DNA of 64,000 bases from an uncultured Actinomycetota bacterium (GCA_963770565.1 CAVYQE010000001.1:320001-384000); one strand, 5' to 3'; shown: positions 41,511 to 55,567, numbered from the stretch's first letter. Notes: a model not told the origin generated them from the sequence alone. A program made the numbers and translations.

Positions 41511-41734
41511 GGCGGCCTCGGGGCAGTGGGGGAGGGTAAAGTCGCCCATTATGTCAGGGCGCAGGGGGGGAAGGGAATCGGCCCCCGCCGCCGGACGCGG
41601 CAAAGTTTTCTTGGCGATGCCGGCGCCGCGGCATGGCGGCTGCCCTACACAATGCAGATTTTGCGGAGGCCGCGGCGCACCCGAGTAGGGACCGGCTTAC
41701 TGAGTAGGGACCGGCTTACCGAGAAAGGACCGGC

Positions 41735-42913
41735 TTACGGGGCATGATTCAGCGTCGGCACCTGCCGCGAGACGCTGTGCAATGCGCCCCGCTGCGAAGT
41801 CAGCCGCGAGCAATCGATGCCGATCACTTTCCAATCGGGCAGCGCTTCGTGATAGACGCCGAGGGCCACGCGATCGAGATCGGGATTCGTGTCGGGATAT
41901 TGGGGCACGAGGACGACGCCGTTGGCATAGATGACGCTGGTGTACGTGCGCCATACGCCGTCGCGATGGCTGGGCATCGGAATGCGGAGCACCTCGAGTG
42001 GCCCTTTCTTCGTCGCCTCGCCCTTGAGCACCGTCGCGTTCCGATCGAGAATCAGGGCGTTGACCGGGTCGTCGTCCAAGCGATAGAAGCCCAGGATGGC
42101 TTTGTTCGTCGCCGGCAGCGTGAGAAAGGTATCGACGTGGCCGGTCGGCTCGTCGTCGAGCGGCTCGAGATGCACCCAGCGGTTGAAGTGAAAGTGGTCG
42201 TGCAGGAAACCGCCCGTCTGCTGCTCGTCGTAGCCGCGCTGCATGTTGCGGGCCCGGAGCTTCGTCGTGCTGACGCACATTCCGTCGCCGTTCGAGAGTA
42301 GATTGCCCCCTTCGAGCGTCAGGTGGGAATGATCGTAGTGCAGGTGAAAGGTGGCCGCGAAAGCCACGTTGAAATCGTCTTCGAGATCGCGATTATGCTC
42401 GGGATAGGCGAAATCGACGACGGTCGCGTGCTCTCCGACGACGAAAAACGGCCCATAATCGCGCATGCACATCGCCGCCACCGGCCAGTGGAAGAAATCG
42501 ACGCAGCTTACCGGAAGATGGTTGGCCCGGAGCAGCGCGATCGCTTGCCGCTGCCGGTCGTCGTCGGCCACGACGCCGATGATCTTGATCCGATCGTGAA
42601 CGGCCGCGATGATCTGCGCCAGGATCTCGGGATGGTCTTGGAGCAGATCATCGATCCCCAGAATCAGCGCCGCTTGATGCTCGAATTCCCCGTGAATCCG
42701 CCCGTGGGTCGTCGCATCGGTCACCGGCCGGACGTGCTCGTCGATCGTCCGATTCAAGGAGTGGGCGCCAGCGGCGGCGGGAACGGCCGGGCGAACGGCG
42801 GCCTCGGTGCGCACATCGCCATGCTCCTCGACTTGGCTCCCGGCGAAAAAACCCGCCAAAGCCAGCAGAATTCCGCAAACCAAGAGTATGGGGAGGGGTC
42901 GCCTCTTCGGCAT
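41735..42913 (-). CDS. Agmatine deiminase (PPAD)-family protein
   Basis: GEFE, RDYGP, EGGN, TGHVD motifs; C-terminal GALHS rather than the usual HC. Confidence 0.85.
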   Translation of the reverse strand: MPKRRPLPILLVCGILLALAGFFAGSQVEEHGDVRTEAAVRPAVPAAAGAHSLNRTIDEHVRPVTDATTHGRIHGEFEHQAALILGIDDLLQDHPEILAQIIAAVHDRIKIIGVVADDDRQRQAIALLRANHLPVSCVDFFHWPVAAMCMRDYGPFFVVGEHATVVDFAYPEHNRDLEDDFNVAFAATFHLHYDHSHLTLEGGNLLSNGDGMCVSTTKLRARNMQRGYDEQQTGGFLHDHFHFNRWVHLEPLDDEPTGHVDTFLTLPATNKAILGFYRLDDDPVNALILDRNATVLKGEATKKGPLEVLRIPMPSHRDGVWRTYTSVIYANGVVLVPQYPDTNPDLDRVALGVYHEALPDWKVIGIDCSRLTSQRGALHSVSRQVPTLNHAP

Positions 42914-43073
42914 GACGCGCGCGATTCTGGGAGGTTCCGGCTCCCGGCCAAATCATCCAGTTTGCCCCTGGAGTATAAAGTATAACCTCCCGCGGACCGT
43001 TTTGTATCGCGAATTCCTGGTCGAAGTCGAGCAAAAACCGTTTCGCTCGGTGATTGCCACACCAACCCGACGC

Positions 43074-43460
43074 GACACCAGGAGCCTGTCCAAGAACCGG
43101 CTGCGGCGAGGGGATGCGCCGCGAAAGGGGTCGGGAGTCGATTTCGCCGGCTGGACGATCTGAAGCGCGAACCGGCGTCATGGCGAAATCGACTCCCGAC
43201 CCCCTTTGGCAACGCCTGCGGGAAAGCGAGCCGGTCCCCGCCGGTTCATGGACACTCTCCTAGCCCGCCGCGCTACGGCCTGTTGATTTAGTCCGAAAAA
43301 TTCATATCCGCCGACATGAAATAACGACTTACGGCAATTGCTGTCGTTGTAACTCGTTATTTCGCGTCGCGTGCGCGGCTAAATCAACAAGGCGGCTAGC
43401 GAGGGAATACGTTCGCCCATTGCGACGCTCCGACTCCCTCGCTAGCGCTTCGGGCTAGTG
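43074..43460. mobile_element. REP carrying two nested MITEs (MITE-A ~43080-43263; 119-bp MITE 43276-43394)
   Basis: TIRs CGGCCTGTTGATTTAG/CTAAATCAACAAGGCG with GCTA duplication. Confidence 0.7.
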
Positions 43461-43485
43461 TCGCCGGAATCGAGATTGGCGGCGC

Positions 43486-44600
43486 TTAGGGAATCAAGAA
43501 GGCCGTGCCGGTCGCGGCCGAGCATTCCAGCACCATGCCGCGCAGACTGATCGGGACGGCGTCGATGATCCAGGGGGCGCAACTCCCCGGCCGATAATAG
43601 CCCAGCGAGTATTCGCACTCGTTCGGCGGCTCGACCCCCATTTCATACGGCAACAGCGGCACGCACACGAAGAAGTGGGCCGCCGACACGAGGGGATCGA
43701 GGATCGGCCCGCGCGAATGCCCATAACGCTCGAGATTCACCTCTTCGAAATACAGCGGTTTGTGGCAAGTGGCCGCCGCTTTCCAGGTGTAGGTGATGCA
43801 CGACCAGGTGCGCGGCACGAAGCGCGCTTGGCCCAGGCCGCATTCGCCGGGCAGCTTGTCGGATCCCCGCAGGGGCGGCGCGATGTCGATCCGCACCTTG
43901 TCCACGGTGTCGGCCATCAGTTGCCGCAATTCTTTATCGCAACTGTCCTTGTTCGTCGTGGTGTTCACGTTGGCCGGCGGATTGGGGCTCGGAATGAGCG
44001 TCGGGGGAAGCGCCGGCGTCTGGTCGCCCGGAAAGCCGGGGTTCGTTCGCGCAGGGGCGAACGGATTGCTCGGCGGAAGGGCGGCCGGCCCCGACTCCGG
44101 CAAGCTGCCGTCCGGCAAGCTGCCGCCCGGCAAGGCCGCGGCGGGCGGATTCGAGCCGGGCAACGTCGGCGTGCGCGTCGCAGGGCCGGGCAACTCGGTC
44201 GCTTTCTTCTGTTGGTCGTCGAACGGATTGGCCGGCGGATCGGCGGCCGCCGCTTGGCGAACGCGACCGTCGCGCGGCCTCCGGCTCTTCGCCGGGGCGC
44301 ATTGCCGAGCGGTCCGTCGGCATCGGCAACGGGCTCCTCGTCGCTGGTTTGCGCACAGCCCGGAGCGAATGGCTCTCGACCCGTTCGGCCGGCCGCGCCG
44401 CAGCCGCCGAATGAGCGGGACGACACGGCCGCCAGCGGAGGTGCGATCCGTGCGTTTGATCGACTGTGGCCCAGCCGCCGGCCGATGGCGCAGCGGGCGC
44501 TTGGGGAGCGGCCGCTTGCGGAGCATTGTCGCCCGCCAGCGTGAGGGCGGGAAATGCGACGGCGGCGGCCAGTGTCAGCAAGCCGATGGCCACATGGCGG
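43486..44600 (-). CDS. Planctomycete-type secreted hypothetical protein, frameshifted
   Basis: C-terminal YTWKAAATCHKPLYFEEVNLERYGH; Pro-rich linker; start approximate. Confidence 0.65.
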
Positions 44601-44642
44601 GCAGCGGGGACGAGGCGCGCGGCGGCGCCCGGCGCGTGGCGA

Positions 44643-46135
<1,493 letters not shown>

Positions 46136-46451
46136 TTCGGGTTCCTCTCTGCCGGCGGCCGATGAGCAGGGTGAATCCCGAATTATGCCGATTGCCGGGC
46201 GATTTGGCAACCGACGAGCAGCTCCGATAGTGGTATCGTTTGCGTTTCGGATCGTACTCCTCACGCTCCGCGTGAGGAATTGTTCACGCGGAGCGTGAAG
46301 ACGACTTCGCCAAGCCGTGGCACGATCGTCGCCAAGAGACCTTGCCACACCCTATCGTAAATCGGCGAATGCTTGCTTGATCTGCGGCCGCGCGCTCATA
46401 ATGAAGCCGGGGCATCATCGGGTCGTCTTTCGGAACCAAGGAGATCGCGCT

Positions 46452-47226
46452 ATGACTCGGCAGCCGCAGCTTTCGATCGGACGATTCGCAGTCGCGGCGG
46501 CGCTCGCGGCGCTGCTGCTCGGGGCGACGTTGCTCGGGGCGACGTTGCTCGTTGCGGCGCCGCGCGACGCTGCGAAGAGCGACGCTGCGAAGAGCGACGC
46601 TGCGAAGAGTGAAACTGCGAAGAGCGACACCGTCTCGATCCACGACGATTTTTCCCACGGGGCGACGCGCTGGCAGCCGAGCGATCCGGCGGCCTGGAAA
46701 GTGATCAAGACCGATCGCGGCCCGGCCTATCGTCTCGCCAAGCTCAGCAAGTCGAAGCCGCCGTTTCGCAGCCCCTTCGGGTTGAGTCTGCTCAAGGACG
46801 TCGTCGTGACCGATTTCACTCTCGCCGTCGATGCCAAGAGCACGACCAAGGAGTATCCGCACCAGGATATTTGCCTGTTCTTCGGCTACCAAGACCCGGG
46901 CCATTTCTATTACGTCCATCTGGGCCGCAAGACCGACGACCATTGCAATCAGATTTTCATCGTCAACGGGGCGGACCGGGCGAAGATTTCCAAGAAGACG
47001 ACCGCCGGCACTCGCTGGGGCAAAGGTTGGCACCATTTGAAACTCGTCCGCAACACGGGCGATGGCTCGATCGCCGTCTATTTCGACGACCTCAAAACGC
47101 CCGCCATGACCGCCACCGACAAGCATTTTCTTTGGGGCCGAGTCGGCCTCGGCTCGTTCGACGACACGGGGAACTTTGCGAATTTCGAACTCACCGGCAC
47201 GCTGCGCGGTGGCCGTGCCTATCGTG
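46452..47226 (+). CDS. Secreted concanavalin-like/DUF1080-like hypothetical protein; 3' end approximate
   Basis: Signal peptide, DAAKS repeats, FYYVHLG, GRVGLGSFDD. Confidence 0.65.
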
Positions 47227-47367
47227 AAGAAGAAGTAGCGCTCGCGCGATTCCGAGGGCCAACGGCCCGCAACATTCCAGCCTGGGGCAACGCCCCAGGA
47301 CCACTACACGCACCAACCGCGGACCACACAGTCGATCAAGGGCTGAAAGCCCGCAACATGGCGATGC

Positions 47368-48256
47368 ATGAACGCCGAGCAACCAAGACCGATCGCCGCC
47401 GATCCGCCGCCGACGTTCTCGCTGCGGACGATGTTTCTGATCGTCACATGCGTTGCGATTTTTTGCGCGGGGTTTCGGATTGCCGGGCCGAGCGAACGGC
47501 TCTGGTCTGCGCCGGCTCCTCTTTTCGGCTTCCTCATCATTTGGTTCTTGCTTACGAAGCGTCTCTGCGCCGCGCTCGAGATATTCCTAGCGGTCGCCGC
47601 GGTTTTCCTTGTTGCGTTGCCATTCCTTTTGCCTCGAGTTCGACAGCCATCCCTCTACGCCGCGCGAGGTGTGCTCGAACGAACTCCGCGAAATCGGCTT
47701 CGCCTTGCAAGAGTATCGCCAGCATTACGGCAGCTTTCCCCCGGCGTATGTGGCCGATGCTCGCGGCAAGCCGCTGTTCAGTTGGCGCGTCATCATCCAG
47801 CCATTTCTGGATCATGACAGTTTCTACAAGGCATTTCATCTCGACCAGGCGTGGGACAGCGCCGCCAACCGCCAGCTATCGCAGATGGGGACGGACTATT
47901 TTTCTTGTCCGGCGGATGGACAAGCGAGGACGATGACCAACTACGTCGCCGTGGTGGGGCCGAACACGGCCTGGCCCGGCGCGAAGGGGAGCAAGCTGGC
48001 CGACTTCAAGGATCCGAGCAAGACGATCCTTTTGGTCGAGGTGGCCAACTCGGGAATCCACTGGGCCGAGCCGCGCGATCTGTATATCGGCCAAATGGCC
48101 CCCGGCGTGAATCCGGCCGGCGGCCAAGGCATTTCCAGCGAGCACAAAGGAGGCGCCAACGTCCTCTTCGCCGACGGCCACGTCGAATTCCTTCCCGACG
48201 ACATCGATCCGAAGAAGTTCGCGAGAATGCTGGAAATCAATCCGGCGGCGCCGTAA
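47368..48256 (+). CDS. DUF1559 domain protein with H-X9-DG motif; frameshifted
   Basis: CSNELREIGFALQEY, SWRVII.PFL, HKGGANVLFADGHV. Confidence 0.85.
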
Positions 48257-48515
48257 GGGGCCGGGAGCAGGGGTGGGCTGCGCAGTTTGTGAGATGGGAT
48301 CGTATCGACGTTTATGCTGTTTTTGTTCCGGTTTTTGGAAAGGACGGCAGGAGTTCAAGGAACCCGGTAGGGTTCCCAGACCATCCCTATCGGGATGAAT
48401 TTCATGCCACCTCGGAGTCGGAATTGCGCGAGTACGTGGGCGGAACAAAAACCAACCAAACCGCCCCAGCCCGGCGCCGCAACAAATCGAGCATTTTTCA
48501 CAGCCTACGCCTGGG

Positions 48516-49780
48516 CTACCCAAAAAAGTCGGCCAGATTTCCGGCGGCGTCGAGCGGCAAATCGCGCGGGGCGGTCAGGATCTCCAGATCGGCGCGGTCG
48601 GTCGCCTCGGCCAAATAGGCCACAGAACATTCGACCTCGGCCAGTTCCAGCGTGTTTTTGATCCAGAGGATTTTGGCGTGCGGCGGCTCGACCAGGCCGA
48701 TGATGGCCAAGGCCGCGTCGAGCAATTCGCGGTCGGTCTCGAAATGCAACGGAAAGGCGGACAGCGCGACCGAGCCACTCGTCAGGCCGTTCACCCAGGT
48801 CGCGTCGCGGTCGGTCTCGCGAATCAGACGGCTCTTGCAAAAGTCGGCCAGCCCGACCCCATGCGCGATTCCTCCCGTCGCCGCCGACAAACCGCGGACG
48901 ATGATCCGCCGCACCTCGGGCTCGGCGGCGGCGGCCCGCCGCCCGGCGCGGTACTTTCGCCCCACGACGTTGGTGTCCATCCCCGTGCCGCTGATGTTCT
49001 TGCCGATCTCGTCGACGATCAGGAGATGGGCGAAGGCGAAAGGAAGTCGCGGCATCCACTGCTTGGCCAGCGGAGCAGCGCCTCGTCGGCCTGCTCGAAA
49101 TCGTCGGGCGCGACGGCGGCCAGCCGCGCCACTTCGTTGTAAGCATTCTCGACGATCGCCAGACCGCCGCGGATGTGCTGCCCCGCGAGCACGCGGCGTC
49201 CCACGCGGCGGACGATCTCGTCGAAGGGGAAATCGTGAATCGCGCGATGAAACAGCTTGGCTCCCTCGTGCTTTCCCAGCCCGACGAGCAACATCTTCAT
49301 CAGGCCGCTCTCGATCGGGCCGTCGAAGGTGGTGTGCGGCTTGACCCGCGCCGCGAGGAACACGTGATCGGCCTCGGCGGCGAGCCGGTCGAAATGGATC
49401 GGAAAGCCCAGGGCGGTCCGATCGATCACCAGCGTCTCCATGCCAGCGCGGATCGGGCAGCCGCAAGACGACTCGGTGATGCCGTACGATGCGAGCAGCC
49501 GTTGCTGGCCGGCGGCCGTGGCCCCGCCGTGGCTGCCCATCGCGGGGACGATGAAGGGCCGCGCGCCGAGCCGGATGAAATGGCCGACGATGCCGCGGAC
49601 GATCAGCGGGATTTCGGCGATCCCGCGGCTGCCCACGGCGATCGCGACCGAATCCCCCGGCCGCACCTGCCGCGCGAGTTCGAGCCGCGCGAGTTCGGCG
49701 TCGAGGGCCGCGGGCAGATCATCGATCCGGGGCCGCTCCCAAATCTGTCGCACGCGAAATATCTGCGGGTAAGGGGACAT
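48516..49780 (-). CDS. Lactate racemase (LarA N-terminal/DUF2088) domain protein; frameshift near 49075
   Basis: AVGSRGI, PAMGSHGGAT, RVKPHT, GKNISGTGMDTNVVGR. Confidence 0.85.
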
Positions 49781-50180
49781 GGCGGATGAGCGGCTGGTGA
49801 GCGGCTGGCGATCGCGGGCCGGGCAACATGATTTATGATTCATCGCACCGGCCACGTGCAATCCCCGCGGGCGAACAGGAATTGCACATTGCGGCGCAGC
49901 GCCGCCGACCGCCCCGCGGCTTCGAATTGAGGGTGCCACTGCTTGACCGACGCCACAACAGGCATTGGCCTTGCGAGAAACCACTGTTCGGCGTCGGTCA
50001 AGCAGTGCGTGAATTCACGGGAATCCGATTGAGTCGGCGGAGCGGGATCGCAGAAACAGATTGGCACGCAATGTGCATTCTTAAACGGGTGTTTGCCGAT
50101 GCGGCCTTCGTGGCCGCGTTGAATCTTCGGTCGCCGGGCGGACGGCGGCCAATCGGTTTCTTGAACAAGGAGAAGCGATC

Positions 50181-50504
50181 ATGCCACGGGGAGATAAATC
50201 GAAATACACCGGAAAACAGAAACGGCAAGCCGAGCATATCGAGAAGGGATATGAAAAACGTGGAGTTTCGGAGAAGGAGGCCGAACGCCGCGCCTGGGCG
50301 ACAGTCAACGATATGACTCACGGAGGCAAGAAGTCCGGCGGCAGCGGACGCGGCAAAAAGACCGACAAATCGGCCGCCAAAAAAGGAGGCCGCCTCGGCG
50401 GCAAGGCCTCGGCCCATCGCTCCGCCGCCGAACGATCGGCCTCGGCCAAGAAAGCAGCCGCCACCCGGCGGCGTCATAAAAAAGAACATGCCCACAGCAA
50501 GTGA
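50181..50504 (+). CDS. Small basic stress-associated protein (often annotated plasmid stabilization protein)
   Basis: MPRGDKSKYT.KQKRQAEHIE..Y..RG...EAERRAWATVN. Confidence 0.8.
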   Translation: MPRGDKSKYTGKQKRQAEHIEKGYEKRGVSEKEAERRAWATVNDMTHGGKKSGGSGRGKKTDKSAAKKGGRLGGKASAHRSAAERSASAKKAAATRRRHKKEHAHSK

Positions 50505-50530
50505 CAACCGACAATAGGAGGGCGACAATC

Positions 50531-50680
50531 ATGATCCGCAAACTCGCATCCGGAGAATACCGGCTCTATTCGCGGAAAAAGAATCCCGACTCCGGAAAAC
50601 GCCGCAACCTCGGCACCTTCAAGACCCGCAAGGCCGCCGAGAAACACGAACAAGAAGTCCAATACTTCAAGCATCATTGA
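50531..50680 (+). CDS. 49-aa basic hypothetical protein (not in ORF track)
   Basis: AGGAGG RBS; MIRKLASGEYRLYSRKKNPDSGKRRNLGTFKTRKAAEKHEQEVQYFKHH. Confidence 0.75.
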   Translation: MIRKLASGEYRLYSRKKNPDSGKRRNLGTFKTRKAAEKHEQEVQYFKHH

Positions 50681-51021
50681 CGCGGCGAGACGAGCCGCGC
50701 CGACGGCCCGATTCCGACACTAGCCCGACGCGCTAGCGAGGGAGTCGGGAAGGTAGACTCGATAACCGGAACCGACTAGCTCATCTTCTGGCGGGCGTTG
50801 CCCAAAGGGGGTCGGGAGTCGATTTCGCCATAATGCCGGTTCGCACTGCGGGTCGCTCAGCCGGCGAAATCGACTCCCGACCCCTTTCGGGATGCGGCTG
50901 GGTTGGATCGAACGCCGATCGTCGACCTCGCGCGTACGGAGGTCCGCAAGCGAACCGGCTAACGCGGCGGCCGGCGAGCATTGGCGGTGGTGGTACAGTT
51001 TTGAAGTAGTCTTCACGCTCC

Positions 51022-51140
51022 GAGCTTGTGAATTTATTAAGATGATCGACGTAAGTCCTTATTCGCCGTGCGAAGCTTTGACGTTCGAATAAGGACTTAC
51101 GACAACAAAATGTAACCGCGGCCAATAAACTCACACGCTC
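51022..51140. mobile_element. 119-bp MITE inserted in a REP
   Basis: TIR GAGCTTGTGAATTTATT / AATAAACTCACACGCTC, TCC duplication. Confidence 0.7.
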
Positions 51141-51333
51141 TCCGCGTGAAGACATCCTCACGCGGAGCGTGAGGAGTACGATCTGAAACGCAAACTATAC
51201 CACTATCGCATTGCCACGGCCGTACACTTCGCGACGCGGATTCGGTATGATGGGGTGGTTTCGGTCAGCCCCCGGCGAGCGCGGAAAGCTGCGCGATGCC
51301 CGGCGGGCCGAAGTTCCCCGCCAGTCGCCATCA

Positions 51334-53649
51334 GTGACGATCGTCCGCGTGTCGCACGTTTCCACCACCACGCCTCATCTCGATCCGGCCGCGGCGACGC
51401 TGGCCCTGGAGCAGGTGTCTGCGCAGCGTCGATGAGCTGATCGGGGCCTGGGAGTCGCCGCAGCGGCCGCCGACACTGAGCCAATTCCTTCCCGAGCAGC
51501 CGCTCGAATTGCGGCGGCTGGTGCTGACGGAATTGATCAAGGTCGATTTGGAATATCGCTGGCAGCAGCATCATCTGCCCAAAACGATCGAGGAGTACCT
51601 GACCGAGTTTCCGGAATTGGCCGAGACGGGGAAGATTCCCTGCGATTTGATCTATGAAGAATATCTTGTCCGGCGGCGCGACGCTTCCCCTCCCGAGCCG
51701 GCCGAATATCTACGACGATTTCCCGAGCAGGAGCAGCAATTGCGGCGGATGCTCGATTTGCAGGACAATCCGACGACGACGCTGGCGGTCGGCCGCCGGC
51801 GTCCGCCGACGGACATCGGCCAGCAGATCGACGATTTCGACGTGCTGCTCCGCTTGGGCGAAGGGGCGTTCGCCTCGGTCTATTTGGCGCGGCAGCGGTC
51901 GATGCAGCGGTTGGTGGCGCTCAAGGTCTCGCGCGATCATGGGACGGAGTCGCAAACTCTGGCCCAGCTCGACCATCAGGAACATCGTCCGCGTTTACGA
52001 TCAGCGAATCTTGCCGGCCGAGCATTTGCGGCTGATGTATATGCAGCACGTGCCCGGCGGCACGCTGCAAGACGTCGTTCAAGCCGCGCAAAGTGCCGGC
52101 GACGACTTGGACCGGCAAGACGCTGCTCGGGGCGATCGACGCGGCGTTGGAAAAGCATGGCGAAACGCCCCCCGACGGGTCGCCGATCCGGCGGCGGCTG
52201 GCTGCGGCGAGTTGGGGAGAGGCGGTCTGCTGGGTGGGGGCGCGGCTGGCCGCGGCGCTGGCTTATGCCCATCGCCGCGGCGTGCTCCATCGCGACGTGA
52301 AACCGGCCAATGTGCTGCTGTCCGCCGAAGGATTCCCCAAGCTCGCCGATTTCAACATCAGCTTCAGCTCGAAGCTCGACGGGGCCACTCCGGCCGCCTA
52401 TTTCGGCGGCAGCCTGGCCTATATGTCGCCCGAGCAACTCGAAGCGAGCAATCCCGAGCACAATCGCCAGCCCGACAGGAACTCGACGGCCGCAGCGACA
52501 TTTATTCGCTGGCGGTGATGCTCTGGGAATTGCTCACCGGGGTGCGCCCTTCGGCGACGAGCAGGTGGCCGCCAACATGGCCGAAACGCTCAATCAGCTC
52601 GCCGCGCGGCGGCGGGCCGGCGTGCCCGAAAGCGCGATTGCCGCCTTGCCGCCGGACTTGCCGCCGGGGCTCGACCAGGTGCTGCTGACCTGCCTGGCGC
52701 CGAATCCCGACGACCGCCCCGCCTCGGGCGCGCGAAAGCGCTCCGCCAACTCGAGCTGTGTCTGCAGCCACAAGTGCAGCGGTTGCTCCGTCCGCGGGCC
52801 GGCTCGCTGCGGCAAAAGATGCGCGATTTTCCGATTCGGGTGTTCATCATCGCGGGAGTGATTCCGCACGTGGTGTTCAGCGTATTGAGCGTCCTGGTCA
52901 ATAAATGGCTGGTCATCGATCACCTGCCGACGGAAGCCAAGAATCTGTTTTGGAATCAGGTGGTGGCCGTGAATTCGCTGGCCTATGGGCTGGGGGTCGG
53001 TTTGGGCGTGTACTTCGTGTGGCCGGTCATCAAAGCGGTGCGCGGGTTTGGCCAGAAGACTCCTCCCGCCCGCGAGAATCTTCCCGGCCTGCGGCGGCGC
53101 AGCTTGTTGATCGGCGATTATGTCACTTGGCTTGGGTTCGGACTGTGGTTGATTTCGGGATTCGTATTTCCGGCCTGGCTGCGGGCCGCCGGCTATTATG
53201 ATCCTCAAAAGACGAATGATTATCTCTACTTCTCGCTGTCGCAGGTGATCTGCGGTTTGATTGCTTCGACTCAGACCTTTTTCATGTTGACGTTCTTGGC
53301 GGTGCGCGGTTTTCATCCGATGCTGGTGCAAACGGATCAGATCGACCTTGACGAAATCTCTCGGCTGGTCCGGCTGGATCGGCGCGTCTATTGGTATCTG
53401 GGCTTGGCCATCGTTGCTCCGTTTCTGGCGATCATCGTGTTCGGCCTGATCGACCTTCCCGGTGCGGGCAGCAAATGGGCCACGGTCGGTTTGGCGGTGA
53501 TCGGGATTCTCAGCGTGGTTCTGATCTCGTTTTTGTTGAAGGCGATTCGCGGCGATATCGCCGCGTTGCTGGCCGCCGCCGATCCCGAGCGCAAGGCGCC
53601 GCAATCGGGTCTGGGCACGCTCGACTCGTTTTGGATCTCGTCGCGATAG
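51334..53649 (+). CDS. Hanks-type Ser/Thr protein kinase with C-terminal TM domain; several frameshifts
   Basis: LGEGAFASVY, VALK, HRDVKPAN, LADF, YMSPEQ, SDIYSL; start approximate. Confidence 0.9.
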
Positions 53650-53839
53650 AATATACTGGGGGGCCGAGACGGTGAAACACATTCGACCGCGGTGCATGGC
53701 GAGCGCATTTTTTTGCGCTCGATCGGCGCCGCGAAACATTCCGAATACCGGACCGTTTTCGGCAGCCTGCGCCCGACCTGATTTCGGAAGAACGATCCCG
53801 CTTGGCGGCGAACATCCATACACACCCCGGAAAGACCCC

Positions 53840-54622
53840 GTGCCCGCGCTCAAAATCGGAATTCAACTGGCCAGTTTTCGGGAGCCGTTTCGGGCGGCCT
53901 TGGCATCCGCGCATCGCTTGGGTGTGCAGGGAGTCGAACTCGAAGCCCGCGGCGAACTCCGTCCCTCGCAAATGACCGAGACGGCCGTCCGTCAGATTCG
54001 CAAGCTGTTGGAAGACTACAGCCTGCGCATCGCCGCGATCGACTTTCCGACGCGCCGCGGATACGACGTGGCCGACGATCTCGATGCCCGCATGGCCGGC
54101 ACGAAGGACGCCATCAAGCTGGCCTATCAGCTCCGCGCCCCGTCGTGGTGATCCAAGTCGGGCCGGTTCCCGCCGAACCAACGGGGCCGGTTTGGAATCA
54201 GCTCGTCGATGTGCTCGGCGATCTGGGGCGATTCTCGCATCGGGCCGGGGCGATGCTGGCGGCGCAAACGGGGACCGAAAGCGGGGCCGATTTGGCCCGT
54301 CTCGTCAACGCACTTCCCGCCGGGTCGCTGGGCGTCGATCTCGATCCGGCCGGCTTGATCGTCAACGGCTTTTCGCCGCTCGAGGCGGTCGATGCGCTGG
54401 CGGCGCACATTCTGCACGTTCATGCGACCGATGCCGTGCGCGATCTGGCTCGCGGCCGCGGCAGCGAGGTGCCGCTGCGGGCGCGGAATGGCCGATTTTC
54501 CGAGTTTGCTGGGCAAGCTGGAGGAGCGGAACTATCGCGGCTATCTCACGATCGCACGCCACGCGGCCAACGATCCCTTGGTCGAGATCGGCGCGGCAGT
54601 AGAATACTTGCGGAGTCTGTGA
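53840..54622 (+). CDS. Sugar phosphate isomerase/epimerase (AP endonuclease 2 TIM barrel), frameshifted
   Basis: LGVQGVEL, LDPA, HVHATDA, YRGYLTI. Confidence 0.75.
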
Positions 54623-54727
54623 GTGGAGAGCAGAGGGCAGAGAGCGGAGGGGCCTTTGATGCTGGGATTTCTCGTTCGGAGTGCTGGGTTCTTTGTTTCG
54701 GCAAACGCCGAGAAATGGAGATCGTCA

Positions 54728-55290
54728 TGCAACGCATAGCGCCAAGAGTTCTGTTTACCGCCGCAATGGCCGGAGCATTGTCCGCCATAATGGCCGCCGC
54801 CGGGGCCGCCGTCATTATGTCGTCGTCGATCGCTCGGGCTGCCGACGCGCCCGCGGAAAAGGCAGCCCAGCCGCAGCCGACCGCCAAGGCCATGCAAAAA
54901 TCGGCGCATCGAAAAGAAGTTCGCCGAGAGCCTCAGCGGCGCAACGCTCGACGGCTACTTCACGGAGGACTCCGGCGATGAATCCAAACCGGAAGCGTCG
55001 AAGTACGTCCTCACGAAGGTCTCGAAACTCAAGGGCAATCTATGGGTCTTCGAAACGCGGATCAAATACGGCGAGCACGACGTGACGCTGCCGATCCCGC
55101 TCACCGTCCGTTGGGCGGGCGACACGCCGGTCATCACGCTCGACAACGCGGGGATACCTGGCCTGGGCACCTTCACGGCCCGCGTGCTGATTTACGACGG
55201 CGCCTTCGCCGGAACCTGGAGCGGCGGGGAGCATGGCGGCCAACTTTATGGTCGCGTCGTCAAGACCGGCGCAAAGACAAGACGAAGTGA
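54728..55290 (+). CDS. Conserved secreted hypothetical protein, frameshifted
   Basis: WAGDTPVITLD..IPGLGTFTARVLI..FAGTW..GEHGG. Confidence 0.6.
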
Positions 55291-55567
55291 GAGAATCTCG
55301 CGAGCCGCTTGTTTGTCGGGCGGTTGGAACTCACGCTTCGGTGTGCGTCGCGTTGGAGCGCACGCTTCAGCATGCTTCGCCGCGCCAAGCCCGCCGTGTT
55401 GGAGTTTACGCTTCAGCCTGCGTCGCATATTGGCGGACACGCGGACAAGCTGAAGCGTACACTCCAACAATGGGGCGGCAAGCGGATGAGCCACTTGCCG
55501 CCGTCGAGTGTTCGCCGGGGGTAGACGTCGATTTCCATGTGACCATCCCTTGCCGGACCTCCAGCCG

